From Hadesarchaea archaeon (GTDB lineage: Archaea; Hadarchaeota; Hadarchaeia; Hadarchaeales; WYZ-LMO6): DNA of 64,000 nt. The notes below the pieces were generated by a model that did not search any database, had not been told where the DNA came from, and saw only the letters and a list, made by a program, of their open reading frames with translations. The translations under genes were made by a program, and so were the position numbers. The stretch is from positions 32,001 to 96,000 of the forward strand of contig JAPDJF010000001.1 of the NCBI GenBank assembly GCA_029259185.1, written 5' to 3'. Position 1 is the first letter of the stretch; each line of letters opens with the position of its first letter. Shown here piece by piece: positions 1-9,057 of the stretch.

Positions 1-146
1 GGCAAATGGTCTCTCTTGTCCCTGAGACCCTGAGGTTGTTCGTGGATAGTTCCCTAGCGATCCGGAGGGGGAGGATTTCTCTCAGCCAATGAATGTCTTC
101 GGTCACCATTCTAATTGTTTGGGATTTCGAGATTTAGAGGTTAGAT

Positions 147-824
147 TCAGAGACGACTAAGGGCTATGCACCTTATTATGTCACTAACATCTTCACAGTA
201 GTCAGCCACATTTTCCATGTTGTCGGTGATCTCCTTCAGCAAGAGGGAGGAACCTATATCTCTGTTCTTCCTATACCATTCGAGGAGTTGGGGCATCAAT
301 TTTTCAGCTCGGAGGTCGTCTATCTCTTCTTCGAGTTTTTCCACTTGGTGGGATATGGCCACGGCAGAAGTTGGGTTTTTGCTCAGGACGAGAAAGTTCT
401 TATATGTAGTCTTTGAAATCTCCACCAATCGATTCGAAAAAGTACACAGCGTCTTACGCAGTTTCTGGGGAAGACTCTTGGGGTCTATGAAGGTCAATTT
501 TCTCGCCACGGCTTTGGCGTTGGAGGCCACATCGTCGGCAGTCATGACGAGTCTAACTATCTCATCCCTGTTTATGGGGTGAAAGATACCTTTCGCTAGA
601 TCTTCTAATATCTTCCTCTTTATTTCGTCAGCTTCCCTTTCTCTTTTGAAAGTACCGGAAAAGCCGTTTATGGTCTTCTTCTTGTTCAGATTGCATACCC
701 CTTGAACGGCTTTGTCCATCTCAATTACGGTCTCCATTATCTTCTTCATGTGAATGTCACAACTCTTCAGAACCTCTTTCTCCCTTCCCTTCGCAACCCA
801 GAAAAGAGGACCCGCGTGTCTCAT
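147..824 (-). CDS. DUF47/PhoU-like phosphate transport regulator
   Basis: Repeated E..AD / E..ID and D.A / DYCED helical motifs. The ATG at 824 overlaps the PiT stop (ATGA), so it is preferred over the 884 start. Confidence 0.85.
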   Translation of the reverse strand: MRHAGPLFWVAKGREKEVLKSCDIHMKKIMETVIEMDKAVQGVCNLNKKKTINGFSGTFKREREADEIKRKILEDLAKGIFHPINRDEIVRLVMTADDVASNAKAVARKLTFIDPKSLPQKLRKTLCTFSNRLVEISKTTYKNFLVLSKNPTSAVAISHQVEKLEEEIDDLRAEKLMPQLLEWYRKNRDIGSSLLLKEITDNMENVADYCEDVSDIIRCIALSRL

Positions 825-2029
825 GCTATCCCCAATCCATGTCCCAATAACACGAAAAGCACGATGCTTAATAAGGCTACGCATGGGATGGTCAAGATCC
901 AGAACAACAAAATCTTTAGCGTAGTTGGCTTGTGGAGGGCGCCCATCCCCCCCCTCGCCAAACCCACCCCTATTATGGTCCCTATGCTGCTATGGGTGGT
1001 AGAAACGGGTATGCCGAACCCCATTAAGAAGGTGGGAACCACGGTGAATAAAAAGACGGTGAGGGCATTCGAAAACTCAGCTACCATCCCCATCAAGGGA
1101 TCAAGTCTTGTCACCCTGTAAGCGCATGTGGAGATGACCCTGTATCCCCAAGTGAGACCTCCTATAAGTATGCCCGTGGCTCCCAGAATGCTGAGAAGAA
1201 ACATGGTGAGAAGTGTTGGTTCTCCTATCAGTCGCTGGGTAGGAGTGACGAAAACTCCGGTTGCGTTCGCCATGTCGTTGGCACCGAAGGAGAGGGCAGA
1301 GAAACAGAGGGAAACTATGAGAAGGGAAGAAAGGACGAACTCGTTCTTGAAGGTTTTGTACTTCTTCCACATCGATGTGATAAGGATGGAGGGGGGGAGA
1401 AAAGAGATGGTCAGGCTACCGACCACTGCAGATAGCTTATCCCACTCGAGGAGTTTGTAGAGGACGGAGACTGAGGTGATGAAACTCAGGAAATAGGTGA
1501 CGAAGTAAACTAAGATAACGTTTCCATGCTTTCTCTCCCTGCTGAAGTAGTTCCTCGCTGGACGGAAAAGACCGAACGAAAGCAGAATGGAGAGAAGGGG
1601 GGAGAGGAGGAGACTGAGGATCACGGTGAAGAGAACTCCATGGTTTATCAATCCGGGCGAGATGAGCAGACCGAAGCCTAGGACACCTCCTATCACCGAG
1701 TGGGTGGTGGACACGGGCATTCCCTTCCAGCTCGAGAAGGTGACCCAAAGGCATGCAGCGAGAGAGGCAACGAAGCTTCCCAAGATGAGTTTTTGTGTCT
1801 CGAGTTCTTCCCTCGCTATCAGTCCCCTATCGATGGTTTTCATGACGAAGGGACCGAGTATTATCCCTCCGGTGGCGGTGAAAATCGCAAAAAGGATAAA
1901 GGCTTTCTTCAAGGAGAGTACTCCAGATCCGACCGCACAATCGGTAGGATTGGCGGCATCGTTGGCCCCCATGTTCCATGCGTAGTAGAAAGCGAGAGCG
2001 ATTCCAAGGGCGTATACGACCTCTAGCAT
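821..2029 (-). CDS. pitA: Inorganic phosphate transporter, PiT family
   Basis: Two GANDxAN signatures, two PVSTTHS motifs and multiple transmembrane segments. Confidence 0.95.
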   Translation of the reverse strand: MLEVVYALGIALAFYYAWNMGANDAANPTDCAVGSGVLSLKKAFILFAIFTATGGIILGPFVMKTIDRGLIAREELETQKLILGSFVASLAACLWVTFSSWKGMPVSTTHSVIGGVLGFGLLISPGLINHGVLFTVILSLLLSPLLSILLSFGLFRPARNYFSRERKHGNVILVYFVTYFLSFITSVSVLYKLLEWDKLSAVVGSLTISFLPPSILITSMWKKYKTFKNEFVLSSLLIVSLCFSALSFGANDMANATGVFVTPTQRLIGEPTLLTMFLLSILGATGILIGGLTWGYRVISTCAYRVTRLDPLMGMVAEFSNALTVFLFTVVPTFLMGFGIPVSTTHSSIGTIIGVGLARGGMGALHKPTTLKILLFWILTIPCVALLSIVLFVLLGHGLGIA

Positions 2030-2036
2030 TTTCCCC

Positions 2037-2114
2037 CTATAGAGGAGGGATTTATATAGTTTACTGAAAGGGAGACATATAGAGTTTAAATATAGAAAAA
2101 TAATCTATATAGAT
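2037..2114. promoter_or_regulatory. Divergent promoter region with five TATAG repeats (candidate operator)
   Basis: (C/A)TATAG at 2037, 2054, 2077, 2090 and 2107; palindrome ATCTATATAGAT at 2103-2114; TTTATATA and TTTAAATA TATA-like boxes. Confidence 0.5.
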
Positions 2115-3144
2115 GGAGAGCGAGCGAAGGAAAGTTCAATTGACGGGCAAATCTACCTACATAATCTCCATCCCGAAGAAGTGGGCCGTGGAGATGGGGA
2201 TAAAGGAAGGCGATGAGCTTGTAATAGAAAAGCAAGATGGGTTATTACGTATCTCCCCAAAAGCGGTGAAAAGGGCCAACAAAACGGGGGAGGTTACCCT
2301 AAAGCTCTCCGCTACCGAGGATCCCCATGCGGGGGCTAGAAAGGTCGTCTCTCTGTACTTGGTGGGTTATAACGTGATACGACTTCAAGCGGAGGAGGAG
2401 AGGATATCCGCTCCCCAGAGGGAAACGATAAAACAATTCGTGAGGACGAAGCTCGTTGGGATGGAAATAACGACCGACTTACCGAACGAGATGGTTCTCC
2501 AAGTCCTCATGAGCTATCCCGAACTATCCGTCAAAGATGCTTTAAAGCGAATGTGTTTGATAGCCACATCGATGAAGAGGGATGCGATCAGCGCGTTGGA
2601 GAACTTCGATGAGACCCTCGCCAGAGACGTGATTGGGAGGGACGACGAGGTCGACAGGTTCGGTATGTACGTGATCAGACAGCTGAAGTCAGCGGTTCAG
2701 GAGCAGAGTTTAATAAAGGAGATAGGATTGGAGACACCCCGCGATTGTCTCGGGTACCGGCTCATCGCCAAGATAATCGAGAGGGTCTCCGATCATGTTG
2801 TCTTGATAGCCCAAAACATTCTCCAGATGAAGGGCAGGGTTGGACGTTTCCTCGTAAAGAAAATAAAAGAGATGGATTCCTTCGTTTCCGAGATATTCGA
2901 GGATGCGGTGAAATCGTTGTTTGAGGGGGATTACGAAATGGCAGAGAAAGTGATAGAGAGAGGAAGGGCATTGGTCGAGGTCGAGGAAGGTGTGGTTCGA
3001 GAAGTGCTTCGGAGGGCCTCACGGGAGCACCTGATAGCCCTGAGATTGATAATAGAGAGTCTAAGGAGGATAGGGGAATACGGGAGTGACATAGCAGAGA
3101 TAGTGCTGAACCTGAATGCCACCAAAATGGTGGAAGGACGGTAG
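2113..3144 (+). CDS. phoU: AbrB-PhoU phosphate uptake regulator
   Basis: N-terminal RKVQLTGKSTYIISIPKKW (AbrB-like) followed by two PhoU repeats (DDEVD, ERVSDH, RRIGEY). Confidence 0.93.
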   Translation: MESERRKVQLTGKSTYIISIPKKWAVEMGIKEGDELVIEKQDGLLRISPKAVKRANKTGEVTLKLSATEDPHAGARKVVSLYLVGYNVIRLQAEEERISAPQRETIKQFVRTKLVGMEITTDLPNEMVLQVLMSYPELSVKDALKRMCLIATSMKRDAISALENFDETLARDVIGRDDEVDRFGMYVIRQLKSAVQEQSLIKEIGLETPRDCLGYRLIAKIIERVSDHVVLIAQNILQMKGRVGRFLVKKIKEMDSFVSEIFEDAVKSLFEGDYEMAEKVIERGRALVEVEEGVVREVLRRASREHLIALRLIIESLRRIGEYGSDIAEIVLNLNATKMVEGR

Positions 3145-3155
3145 ACGGTGGTAGG

Positions 3156-4157
3156 ACGGAGATTTACGATTTCGAAGAGAATCGCGTGAGGGAGTTCCTC
3201 CGGAAGTATCGAGCCGAACTCGCCGCCATCCAATTACCTCCGGGGCTGAGGAGGTGGACTGCTAAGATCGGAAAAGTTTTCGAAGAGGAAGGAGTAGAAT
3301 TCGTGATTCTCGGGAAGAGTTGTTACGGAGCCTGTGATCTCGCGGATAAAGAGGCGAAGCAGGTCGGTGCCGATGTGCTCGTACACTACGGACATGCGGA
3401 CATGGGGCTCCCTGCCTCTTTGCCTGTTTTGTTTGTTGAGGCTAGGATGCTCGTGAACGTTACCGAAAAGCTCGAGCAGGGTTTTGAAGAGATCGACTCG
3501 AGGAGGGTGGGGGTAGTCACTACGGTTCAACATGTTGGTGAATTGCAGAAGGTTCGGGAATTACTGACTTCTCGGGGAATAGAAGTGGCGATCGGGAAAC
3601 CCGGGTTCAGGGCGAGATATCCTGGGCAGGTCCTCGGGTGTGATATGGGCTCGGCAACCTCTGTGATGGGAGAGGTGGACGAGTTTCTCTACCTAGGTAC
3701 GGGAAGGTTCCATCCCCTAGGAGTGGCTTTGGTCACCGGAAAGGAAGTTTTGACGATAAATCCCATAACTGGAAATTTTGAAAGGTGGTCGAGGGAAACG
3801 GAAAGCTTTTTGAAGAAGAGGAGAGCTCTCGTAGCCCGAGCAGCGTGTTGCAGGAGATTTGGGGTCGTGACGAGCACAAAGATAGGGCAGGCTCGGTTCA
3901 AGCTTGCAAGACATTTGGTGGAGAAGTTGACGAAGGCGGGAAAGGATGTACAGATGATATTGGTGGATGAAGTCACGCCTGAAACGCTCGGAGATTTCGG
4001 GTTAGACGCTGTGGTGTGCGCCGCCTGTCCCAGAATTCCGATAGATGATGCTGAGCGGTTTGAGATCCCTCTTCTGACTCCTTTTGAATTGTCGCTCGTG
4101 CTTGGTGAGAGGTGGGAGGGCTACAGGTTGGATGTGGTAAAGGCAATTGATTTTTAA
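3156..4157 (+). CDS. dph2: Diphthamide biosynthesis enzyme Dph2
   Basis: QLPxGL, CYGACD, HYGH, GQVLGC and ACPRI motifs. The first canonical start is GTG 3186, but the conserved YDFE N-terminus lies upstream (possible ACG start at 3156). Confidence 0.93.
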   Translation, partial: TEIYDFEENRVREFLRKYRAELAAIQLPPGLRRWTAKIGKVFEEEGVEFVILGKSCYGACDLADKEAKQVGADVLVHYGHADMGLPASLPVLFVEARMLVNVTEKLEQGFEEIDSRRVGVVTTVQHVGELQKVRELLTSRGIEVAIGKPGFRARYPGQVLGCDMGSATSVMGEVDEFLYLGTGRFHPLGVALVTGKEVLTINPITGNFERWSRETESFLKKRRALVARAACCRRFGVVTSTKIGQARFKLARHLVEKLTKAGKDVQMILVDEVTPETLGDFGLDAVVCAACPRIPIDDAERFEIPLLTPFELSLVLGERWEGYRLDVVKAIDF

Positions 4158-4192
4158 TAGTTGGATCCAAGTTAAATGGTGGTTTTCTGGAA

Positions 4193-4780
4193 GTGATAAA
4201 AACTGGAACTTTCGTAGTGCCTGGCGTCTTCCTCTCTACGGTAGAGGAGTTCATGCCTGGAGAAGGTGCGTACGAGGAGAATGGGAAAGTCTACTCTTCG
4301 TGTGCGGGTTTGGTGTTGGTGGATCTCCGAACTCGGAGGATCTCGGTATTTCCTGCGGCGGCACCGCCAATCCTGAAGCGTGGGGATACCATCATAGGTG
4401 AAGTGGAAGAAGTTACTCCTCAGAGGGCAGACGTGTCCATCGAGATTCTCCACGGACATGAAGGGAGGGAGTTGCCTCCTCCGAGGGTCGGAACGATCCA
4501 TGTCTCTCACACGAGCAAGAGCTATGTGAGGGACGCGACGAAAAAGTTTAGGGTTGGGGACGTGGTGCGGGCACGTGTACTCAATGTCGGGCGGGAACTC
4601 GTTCAGCTCTCTACCGAGGGCGAGGATCTGGGGGTTATCTTCACGAAGTGCTCCAGATGTAGTACCCCGCTAGAAGTGGAAAACCAGAGGACGGGAAAGC
4701 TGAAATGTCCGATATGTGAAAAGGTGGAATTCAGGAAGCTCGCTAGGGACTACCGCAAGGGGGTGCTGTGGGGGGAATGA
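4193..4780 (+). CDS. csl4: Exosome RNA-binding protein Csl4
   Basis: VVPG..L...EEF.PGEG N-terminus, S1 domain and C-terminal CxxC...CxxC zinc ribbon. Confidence 0.95.
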   Translation: MIKTGTFVVPGVFLSTVEEFMPGEGAYEENGKVYSSCAGLVLVDLRTRRISVFPAAAPPILKRGDTIIGEVEEVTPQRADVSIEILHGHEGRELPPPRVGTIHVSHTSKSYVRDATKKFRVGDVVRARVLNVGRELVQLSTEGEDLGVIFTKCSRCSTPLEVENQRTGKLKCPICEKVEFRKLARDYRKGVLWGE

Positions 4781-4986
4781 AAGGAAAAAAAGTTTTGAGT
4801 TTCAAGCTACCCAACTCCCAGAGTGCGGTAGAAGTTATGCGCCGGCTTGGTGAGCTGAGGGCGAATCTGGAGGCCGAGGCGAAGTTGAATCGGATAGTGT
4901 TAACGATCCATGGCCCCTCCTCTGAAATTAAAAAGGTGAGCAGAGAAGTAAGAGAGATCATCAAAGGCGTACACGGAGGGAGTTGA
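4777..4986 (+). CDS. Small hypothetical protein resembling the N-terminus of DUF2067 proteins
   Basis: Operonic position between csl4 and rpoL; KKV.....AKLN.....GP..EIK pattern recalled from DUF2067. Confidence 0.5.
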   Translation: MKGKKVLSFKLPNSQSAVEVMRRLGELRANLEAEAKLNRIVLTIHGPSSEIKKVSREVREIIKGVHGGS

Positions 4987-5268
4987 GTGAAAATCGAGGT
5001 AGTGGAAAGAGGGGAGAAAAGCATACGTGTGAGGATCATAGGTGAGGATCATACCTTTTGTAACATACTCAGGAAAATGATGTACGAAGATGACAATGTA
5101 GAGATGGCTCCCTACACCATAGAACATCCGATGTTGGGGCACCCAGAATTCTATGTGAAGGTCAGGAGGGGAAAACCCGAAGACGCGATGCTCAAGGCAG
5201 CTAAGCGCTTGATGGAGAGATGTGAGGAACTCCGCGAAAAACTCAAAAACAAACTGGAGACGCGGTAA
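4987..5268 (+). CDS. rpoL: RNA polymerase subunit Rpo11 (L)
   Basis: GEDHTFCNIL...Y.IEHP motif. Confidence 0.96.
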   Translation: MKIEVVERGEKSIRVRIIGEDHTFCNILRKMMYEDDNVEMAPYTIEHPMLGHPEFYVKVRRGKPEDAMLKAAKRLMERCEELREKLKNKLETR

Positions 5269-5273
5269 TCCAA

Positions 5274-5879
5274 GTGTCCTTGGGGCACGTTAAGTTCTGG
5301 GGCATCAAACCGGAAATAAGAGTACTGGGCCTCGACGACGGTTCTTTTAAACCTAGGGTCAGAGGTAAAGCTTTGGTCATCGGTGTGGTTCTTCGAAGTG
5401 GGCGCATGCTCGAGGGAGTGATGAGCACAAGTGTCGAGATAGATGGTACAGATGCTACTGGGAAGGTGATTGAAATGGTCAATCGGAGTAGACACAAGCC
5501 TCAACTGAGGGTCATCATGAGCGAGGGAATAACGCTTGCCGGATTCAACGTCTTGGATTTGGGAGAGATATTCAGACAGACGGGGTTGCCCATGATCGTA
5601 GTGACACGCAAGAAACCCAACATGTTGGAGGTAAAAAAAGCCTTAAAGCACCTCCCCTGCTGGCGCGAGCGATGGAGGATGATGAAAGCGGCTGGAAAGG
5701 TATACCCCGTGAGTTTCAGGGGAAGAAAGATCTACATGCAGTTGGCCGGCATACGGAGGGAGGATGCTGAAAAGATTTTAACCATCACGACCACGCACGG
5801 GGTGATGCCTGAACCTCTCCGGGTTGCTCACCTCATCGCCACTGGCATGACGAGGGGGGAAAGTGTAGGGAGGGTCTGA
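5274..5879 (+). CDS. DUF99 family protein (endonuclease V-like)
   Basis: RVLGLDDG, DGTDAT, GIT.AGFN and PEPLRVAHLIA motifs. Confidence 0.9.
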   Translation: MSLGHVKFWGIKPEIRVLGLDDGSFKPRVRGKALVIGVVLRSGRMLEGVMSTSVEIDGTDATGKVIEMVNRSRHKPQLRVIMSEGITLAGFNVLDLGEIFRQTGLPMIVVTRKKPNMLEVKKALKHLPCWRERWRMMKAAGKVYPVSFRGRKIYMQLAGIRREDAEKILTITTTHGVMPEPLRVAHLIATGMTRGESVGRV

Positions 5880-5880
5880 G

Positions 5881-6432
5881 ATGGGGGGGCGGAAAGGGAT
5901 CAAGAGAGTTTTCATCCCACTTGTGAAGAACGATTTTATCTATGAGGTACTTTCCTTCTTTCTTTGCATCGGTATCTTGTACTTTTCCCATCAGGGAATC
6001 CTGATGTTGGCCCTGGACTGCGATACCCCCCTCATGCCTGTCATCTCGAATAGCATGCAACACCACAGCGAGAGCTGGAAAGTACCATACGAGCAGATGG
6101 GTTATGACCCCTCCCAGTTTCCGTTTCAGGGGGGATTCGAGAGGGGCGATCTTCTTGTGATAAAGGGTGTAGATTCACCTAGTGAGATATCGGTCGGAGA
6201 TGTGGTGGTATACCAGCGAGTGCCGGGTACGATACCGGTGGTGCATAGGGTGCTATCGAAGTCAGAAGACGGACAGATCATCGTCCTGAAAGGGGATGCG
6301 AATTCGAGTCCGGATCCGAGCATATCTTTCGAGATGGTTAGGGGAAAGGTGATATTGGCAATCCCTAACCTCGGTTGGTTCTCTATATCAGTTTGGAAGT
6401 ACAGATGGCTTTGCACAAAAATTAGCCCCTGA
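5881..6432 (+). CDS. Signal peptidase I (Sec11-type); last 8 aa derive from the inserted element
   Basis: S.SM, RGDL, GDVVVY, VVHRV and KGDAN motifs plus transmembrane segments. The native stop TGA is split by the insertion at 6408. Confidence 0.9.
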   Translation: MGGRKGIKRVFIPLVKNDFIYEVLSFFLCIGILYFSHQGILMLALDCDTPLMPVISNSMQHHSESWKVPYEQMGYDPSQFPFQGGFERGDLLVIKGVDSPSEISVGDVVVYQRVPGTIPVVHRVLSKSEDGQIIVLKGDANSSPDPSISFEMVRGKVILAIPNLGWFSISVWKYRWLCTKISP

Positions 6433-7560
6433 GGCCAATTTCCGTGCTTGGGGGCTCGGAGTCCCCCTCAAGGGCCGAAAGCCCTACGGCCCCGTCCCTG
6501 AGCCAGTGGCCCAGGAACCTCTCTCCAATGTTTATGGCTCCGTTGAGGTCGGCGTTGTACTCGAGGCCACACGAGGGACATTTGAAGAAGCCTTGAGAGA
6601 CCCTTCGTCCTTCGTTTCCGCAGCGGTGGCACGTTCGGCTGGTGTACGCCTCGCCGGCGTGCACCACGGGGATCCCCTCCCAGAGAGCCTTGTACTCGAT
6701 GTACCTTGACAGCCGGTGGTGGGGCATCGAGTGCACGATGCGCCTGAACCTCCGCCCCTTTGCCCGCTTGCGGATTCCCTTCAGATCTCCTATCACGATA
6801 ACCGAGTTCCGCTCCTTAGCTTCGCTGACGATAGCCCTTGAGATCTTGTGGCACAGGTCGTCTATTCGCCGGCGCTCCGTTCTGCCTATCCGCTTGATCA
6901 CCCGCAGTAGCTTGCGCTCGCCGAGTCGCTTTCGGAGCCAAGCGTAGTGGCGCCTTATCCCCCTTGCTTCCTTCCCGTAGAGCTTGGGGGAGGTGATGTT
7001 GGCCTCCTTCTGCAGCGCCACAGACGCCGCGAGAAAGCGCTCCCCCAAGTCCACTGCGAGGACGCCGGAGGGACGCATCGGCTTGACCCTACGCTTGACC
7101 GTGAGGTGGAGGAAGAACCTCCCGTTGCGGTGGACGAGCTGTGAGTCGGAGATCTCAACCCTACCCGAGGAGAGAAGCTCCTCGTGGGAGCGCCACATCC
7201 GCAGCGGGCACCAGATGCGCCCGCCGGGGGTTGAAACGGATACGAAAAACCTGGCGAACCTGTTTCCGGTGTCGGTGAGCTTGAATGAGTCCTTATCGAT
7301 GAGGATGGGAGCCTTCCGCCTGTCCCCGGCCTTCCAAGCTAAAGCACGGCAGTAGTAGGAGGGCAACCTCGTTTGCTCTCTCAGAGTCCGGTAGTCCCTC
7401 TCAAGGGCCTGGGCGCGATCCCACTCGGCTTGGAGGTCCTCCAGAAGCTTGCGCTTGAACCGGGTGAGGCCGTAGAGTTCAGCCCTTATCGTCTTGGAGA
7501 CCAACATCGAACGTGGTCTGTCGGAACCATTTTAAGTTTTCCGGTATTTTTGTGCAAAGC
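6408..7560 (-). mobile_element. TIR-bounded TnpB-only element, full-length copy (1153 bp)
   Basis: Perfect 15-bp TIR GCTTTGCACAAAAAT; direct repeat AGTACAGATG at 6398-6407 and 7562-7571; single tnpB ORF. Confidence 0.92.
6422..7507 (-). CDS. tnpB: TnpB RNA-guided nuclease (361 aa, rearranged RuvC-II)
   Basis: RuvC-I AVDLG; RuvC-II IVIGDL with a downstream GEAYTS; CHRC...CPSC zinc finger; RuvC-III NADLNGAINI. Confidence 0.95.
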   Translation of the reverse strand: MLVSKTIRAELYGLTRFKRKLLEDLQAEWDRAQALERDYRTLREQTRLPSYYCRALAWKAGDRRKAPILIDKDSFKLTDTGNRFARFFVSVSTPGGRIWCPLRMWRSHEELLSSGRVEISDSQLVHRNGRFFLHLTVKRRVKPMRPSGVLAVDLGERFLAASVALQKEANITSPKLYGKEARGIRRHYAWLRKRLGERKLLRVIKRIGRTERRRIDDLCHKISRAIVSEAKERNSVIVIGDLKGIRKRAKGRRFRRIVHSMPHHRLSRYIEYKALWEGIPVVHAGEAYTSRTCHRCGNEGRRVSQGFFKCPSCGLEYNADLNGAINIGERFLGHWLRDGAVGLSALEGDSEPPSTEIGLRG

Positions 7561-7619
7561 GAGTACAGATGAAAGATTTATTGGTACCCAAGTGAGTAGA
7601 TTTAGCTTGGAGGCAGGCG

Positions 7620-7940
7620 ATGAGGTTCTGCAAGAAATGTGGTGGTCTGATGGTTCCCAAGAAGAGTGGGGGAAAGAACGTATTGCTTTGTGAGATGTGT
7701 GGAGAGACGGAGGAGGCCGATAGCTCCGGCTACACGTTGGTTCGAAAAGTTGAGGAAAAAGCGGAAGTGGTGGTGATTGAGAATGAGCCTTCTACCTTGC
7801 CGACCACACGCGCCAAGTGTACTAAATGTGGGAATGACAAAGCGTATTGGTGGATGAGACAGACGAGGAGTGCGGACGAGCCCTCTACTCGATTCTACAG
7901 GTGTACCAAGTGCGGGAATACATGGAGGGAATACGCATAG
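7620..7940 (+). CDS. tfs: Transcription elongation factor TFS
   Basis: Two zinc ribbons and the catalytic QTRSADEP loop. Confidence 0.95.
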   Translation: MRFCKKCGGLMVPKKSGGKNVLLCEMCGETEEADSSGYTLVRKVEEKAEVVVIENEPSTLPTTRAKCTKCGNDKAYWWMRQTRSADEPSTRFYRCTKCGNTWREYA

Positions 7941-8315
7941 GTGGTTCAGGTGGATGAGTTTCAGCCCCGAAGGAAAGTGGCCAAACCGAGACGAATTTCG
8001 GAAATAAGGGTGGGGGAGGAGTTCGTGAGGGTCACCGGGTGTGTCGCCTACAAGAAGAACAGCGAGATAGTCCTAGATGACGGATCCGGGATGCTCACGG
8101 TTTTTTCAGACGATTCTGGGATGTTCCGCGATGTCGATATAGGCTCGAAGATAAGGGTTTTCGGCACGCCGTTAATAACGGAGGGTGGGCAAGAGCTTAA
8201 GGCGGAGATAGTTCAAAAGGTGGACGGGCTGGATCTCCAGCTCCTCGAAAAAGTTATGGAGGAAGTAAAAAAATTCGAGTCAGAAGTGAAGGGGGAAGAG
8301 AGTGTTCAGAGCTAG
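7941..8315 (+). CDS. OB-fold protein, RPA small-subunit-like
   Basis: VRVTG.V...LDDGSG OB fold with a C-terminal helix, next to PCNA. Confidence 0.75.
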   Translation: MVQVDEFQPRRKVAKPRRISEIRVGEEFVRVTGCVAYKKNSEIVLDDGSGMLTVFSDDSGMFRDVDIGSKIRVFGTPLITEGGQELKAEIVQKVDGLDLQLLEKVMEEVKKFESEVKGEESVQS

Positions 8316-9057
8316 AATGTCGGATACGAGGGTTTGGAAAACTTGCGTCGGAGCGATAGTGAATCTGATCGAGGAAGCGGCTTTTAAATTCACGGGGGAA
8401 GGGGTCAGGATGAGAGCTATGGACCCCTCCCATGTCGCTTTGGTGGATTTCGACCTTCCCGCAAAGGCATTCGATGAGTACGAGGTTTCAAAGCCTGTGG
8501 TTCTGGGTATCGTGCTGGTCGAACTTAACAAGATAATGTCTAGGGCGAAGAGTGAGGATTCCCTGATATTGGAATTTGAGGAGGAGAAAAACCGTCTATC
8601 ACTCGTCTTCAAAGGTAGATCCAGCAGGAGATTCAATCTTCCTCTCGTCGACATAAAAGAGAGCGAGCTTCCCGAGCCCAAACTCCAGTTCGGTGCCACC
8701 GTCCGGGTTCTAGGCGAGATAATTCAGGATGGACTCCGCGATGCCGAGGTGGTTGGGGATACCGTACGCTTCGAGGCTAACGAATCTGGATTCTTCATGT
8801 ACTCGGAGGGGGACGGAAGATCGGTTGAACTCAAACTCGAAAAGGGTAGTGAAGCACTGGCGAAGTTGGAGGTGCGACAACCATCGAGAGCGATGTTCAA
8901 CGTGAAGTATCTTTCTGACATGCTTAAAGCCGCAGACATGAAGGATTTCATAACGATAAATCTGGGAACGGATCTCCCAATAAAACTCGATTTCCCAATA
9001 GCGGGTGGGGAAGGGAGGCTCAGCTTCATCCTAGCTCCACGGATCGAGTCAGAGTGA
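8302..9057 (+). CDS. pcn: DNA sliding clamp PCNA
   Basis: RAMDPSHVALVD and C-terminal LAPRIE. Confidence 0.98.
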   Translation: MFRARMSDTRVWKTCVGAIVNLIEEAAFKFTGEGVRMRAMDPSHVALVDFDLPAKAFDEYEVSKPVVLGIVLVELNKIMSRAKSEDSLILEFEEEKNRLSLVFKGRSSRRFNLPLVDIKESELPEPKLQFGATVRVLGEIIQDGLRDAEVVGDTVRFEANESGFFMYSEGDGRSVELKLEKGSEALAKLEVRQPSRAMFNVKYLSDMLKAADMKDFITINLGTDLPIKLDFPIAGGEGRLSFILAPRIESE

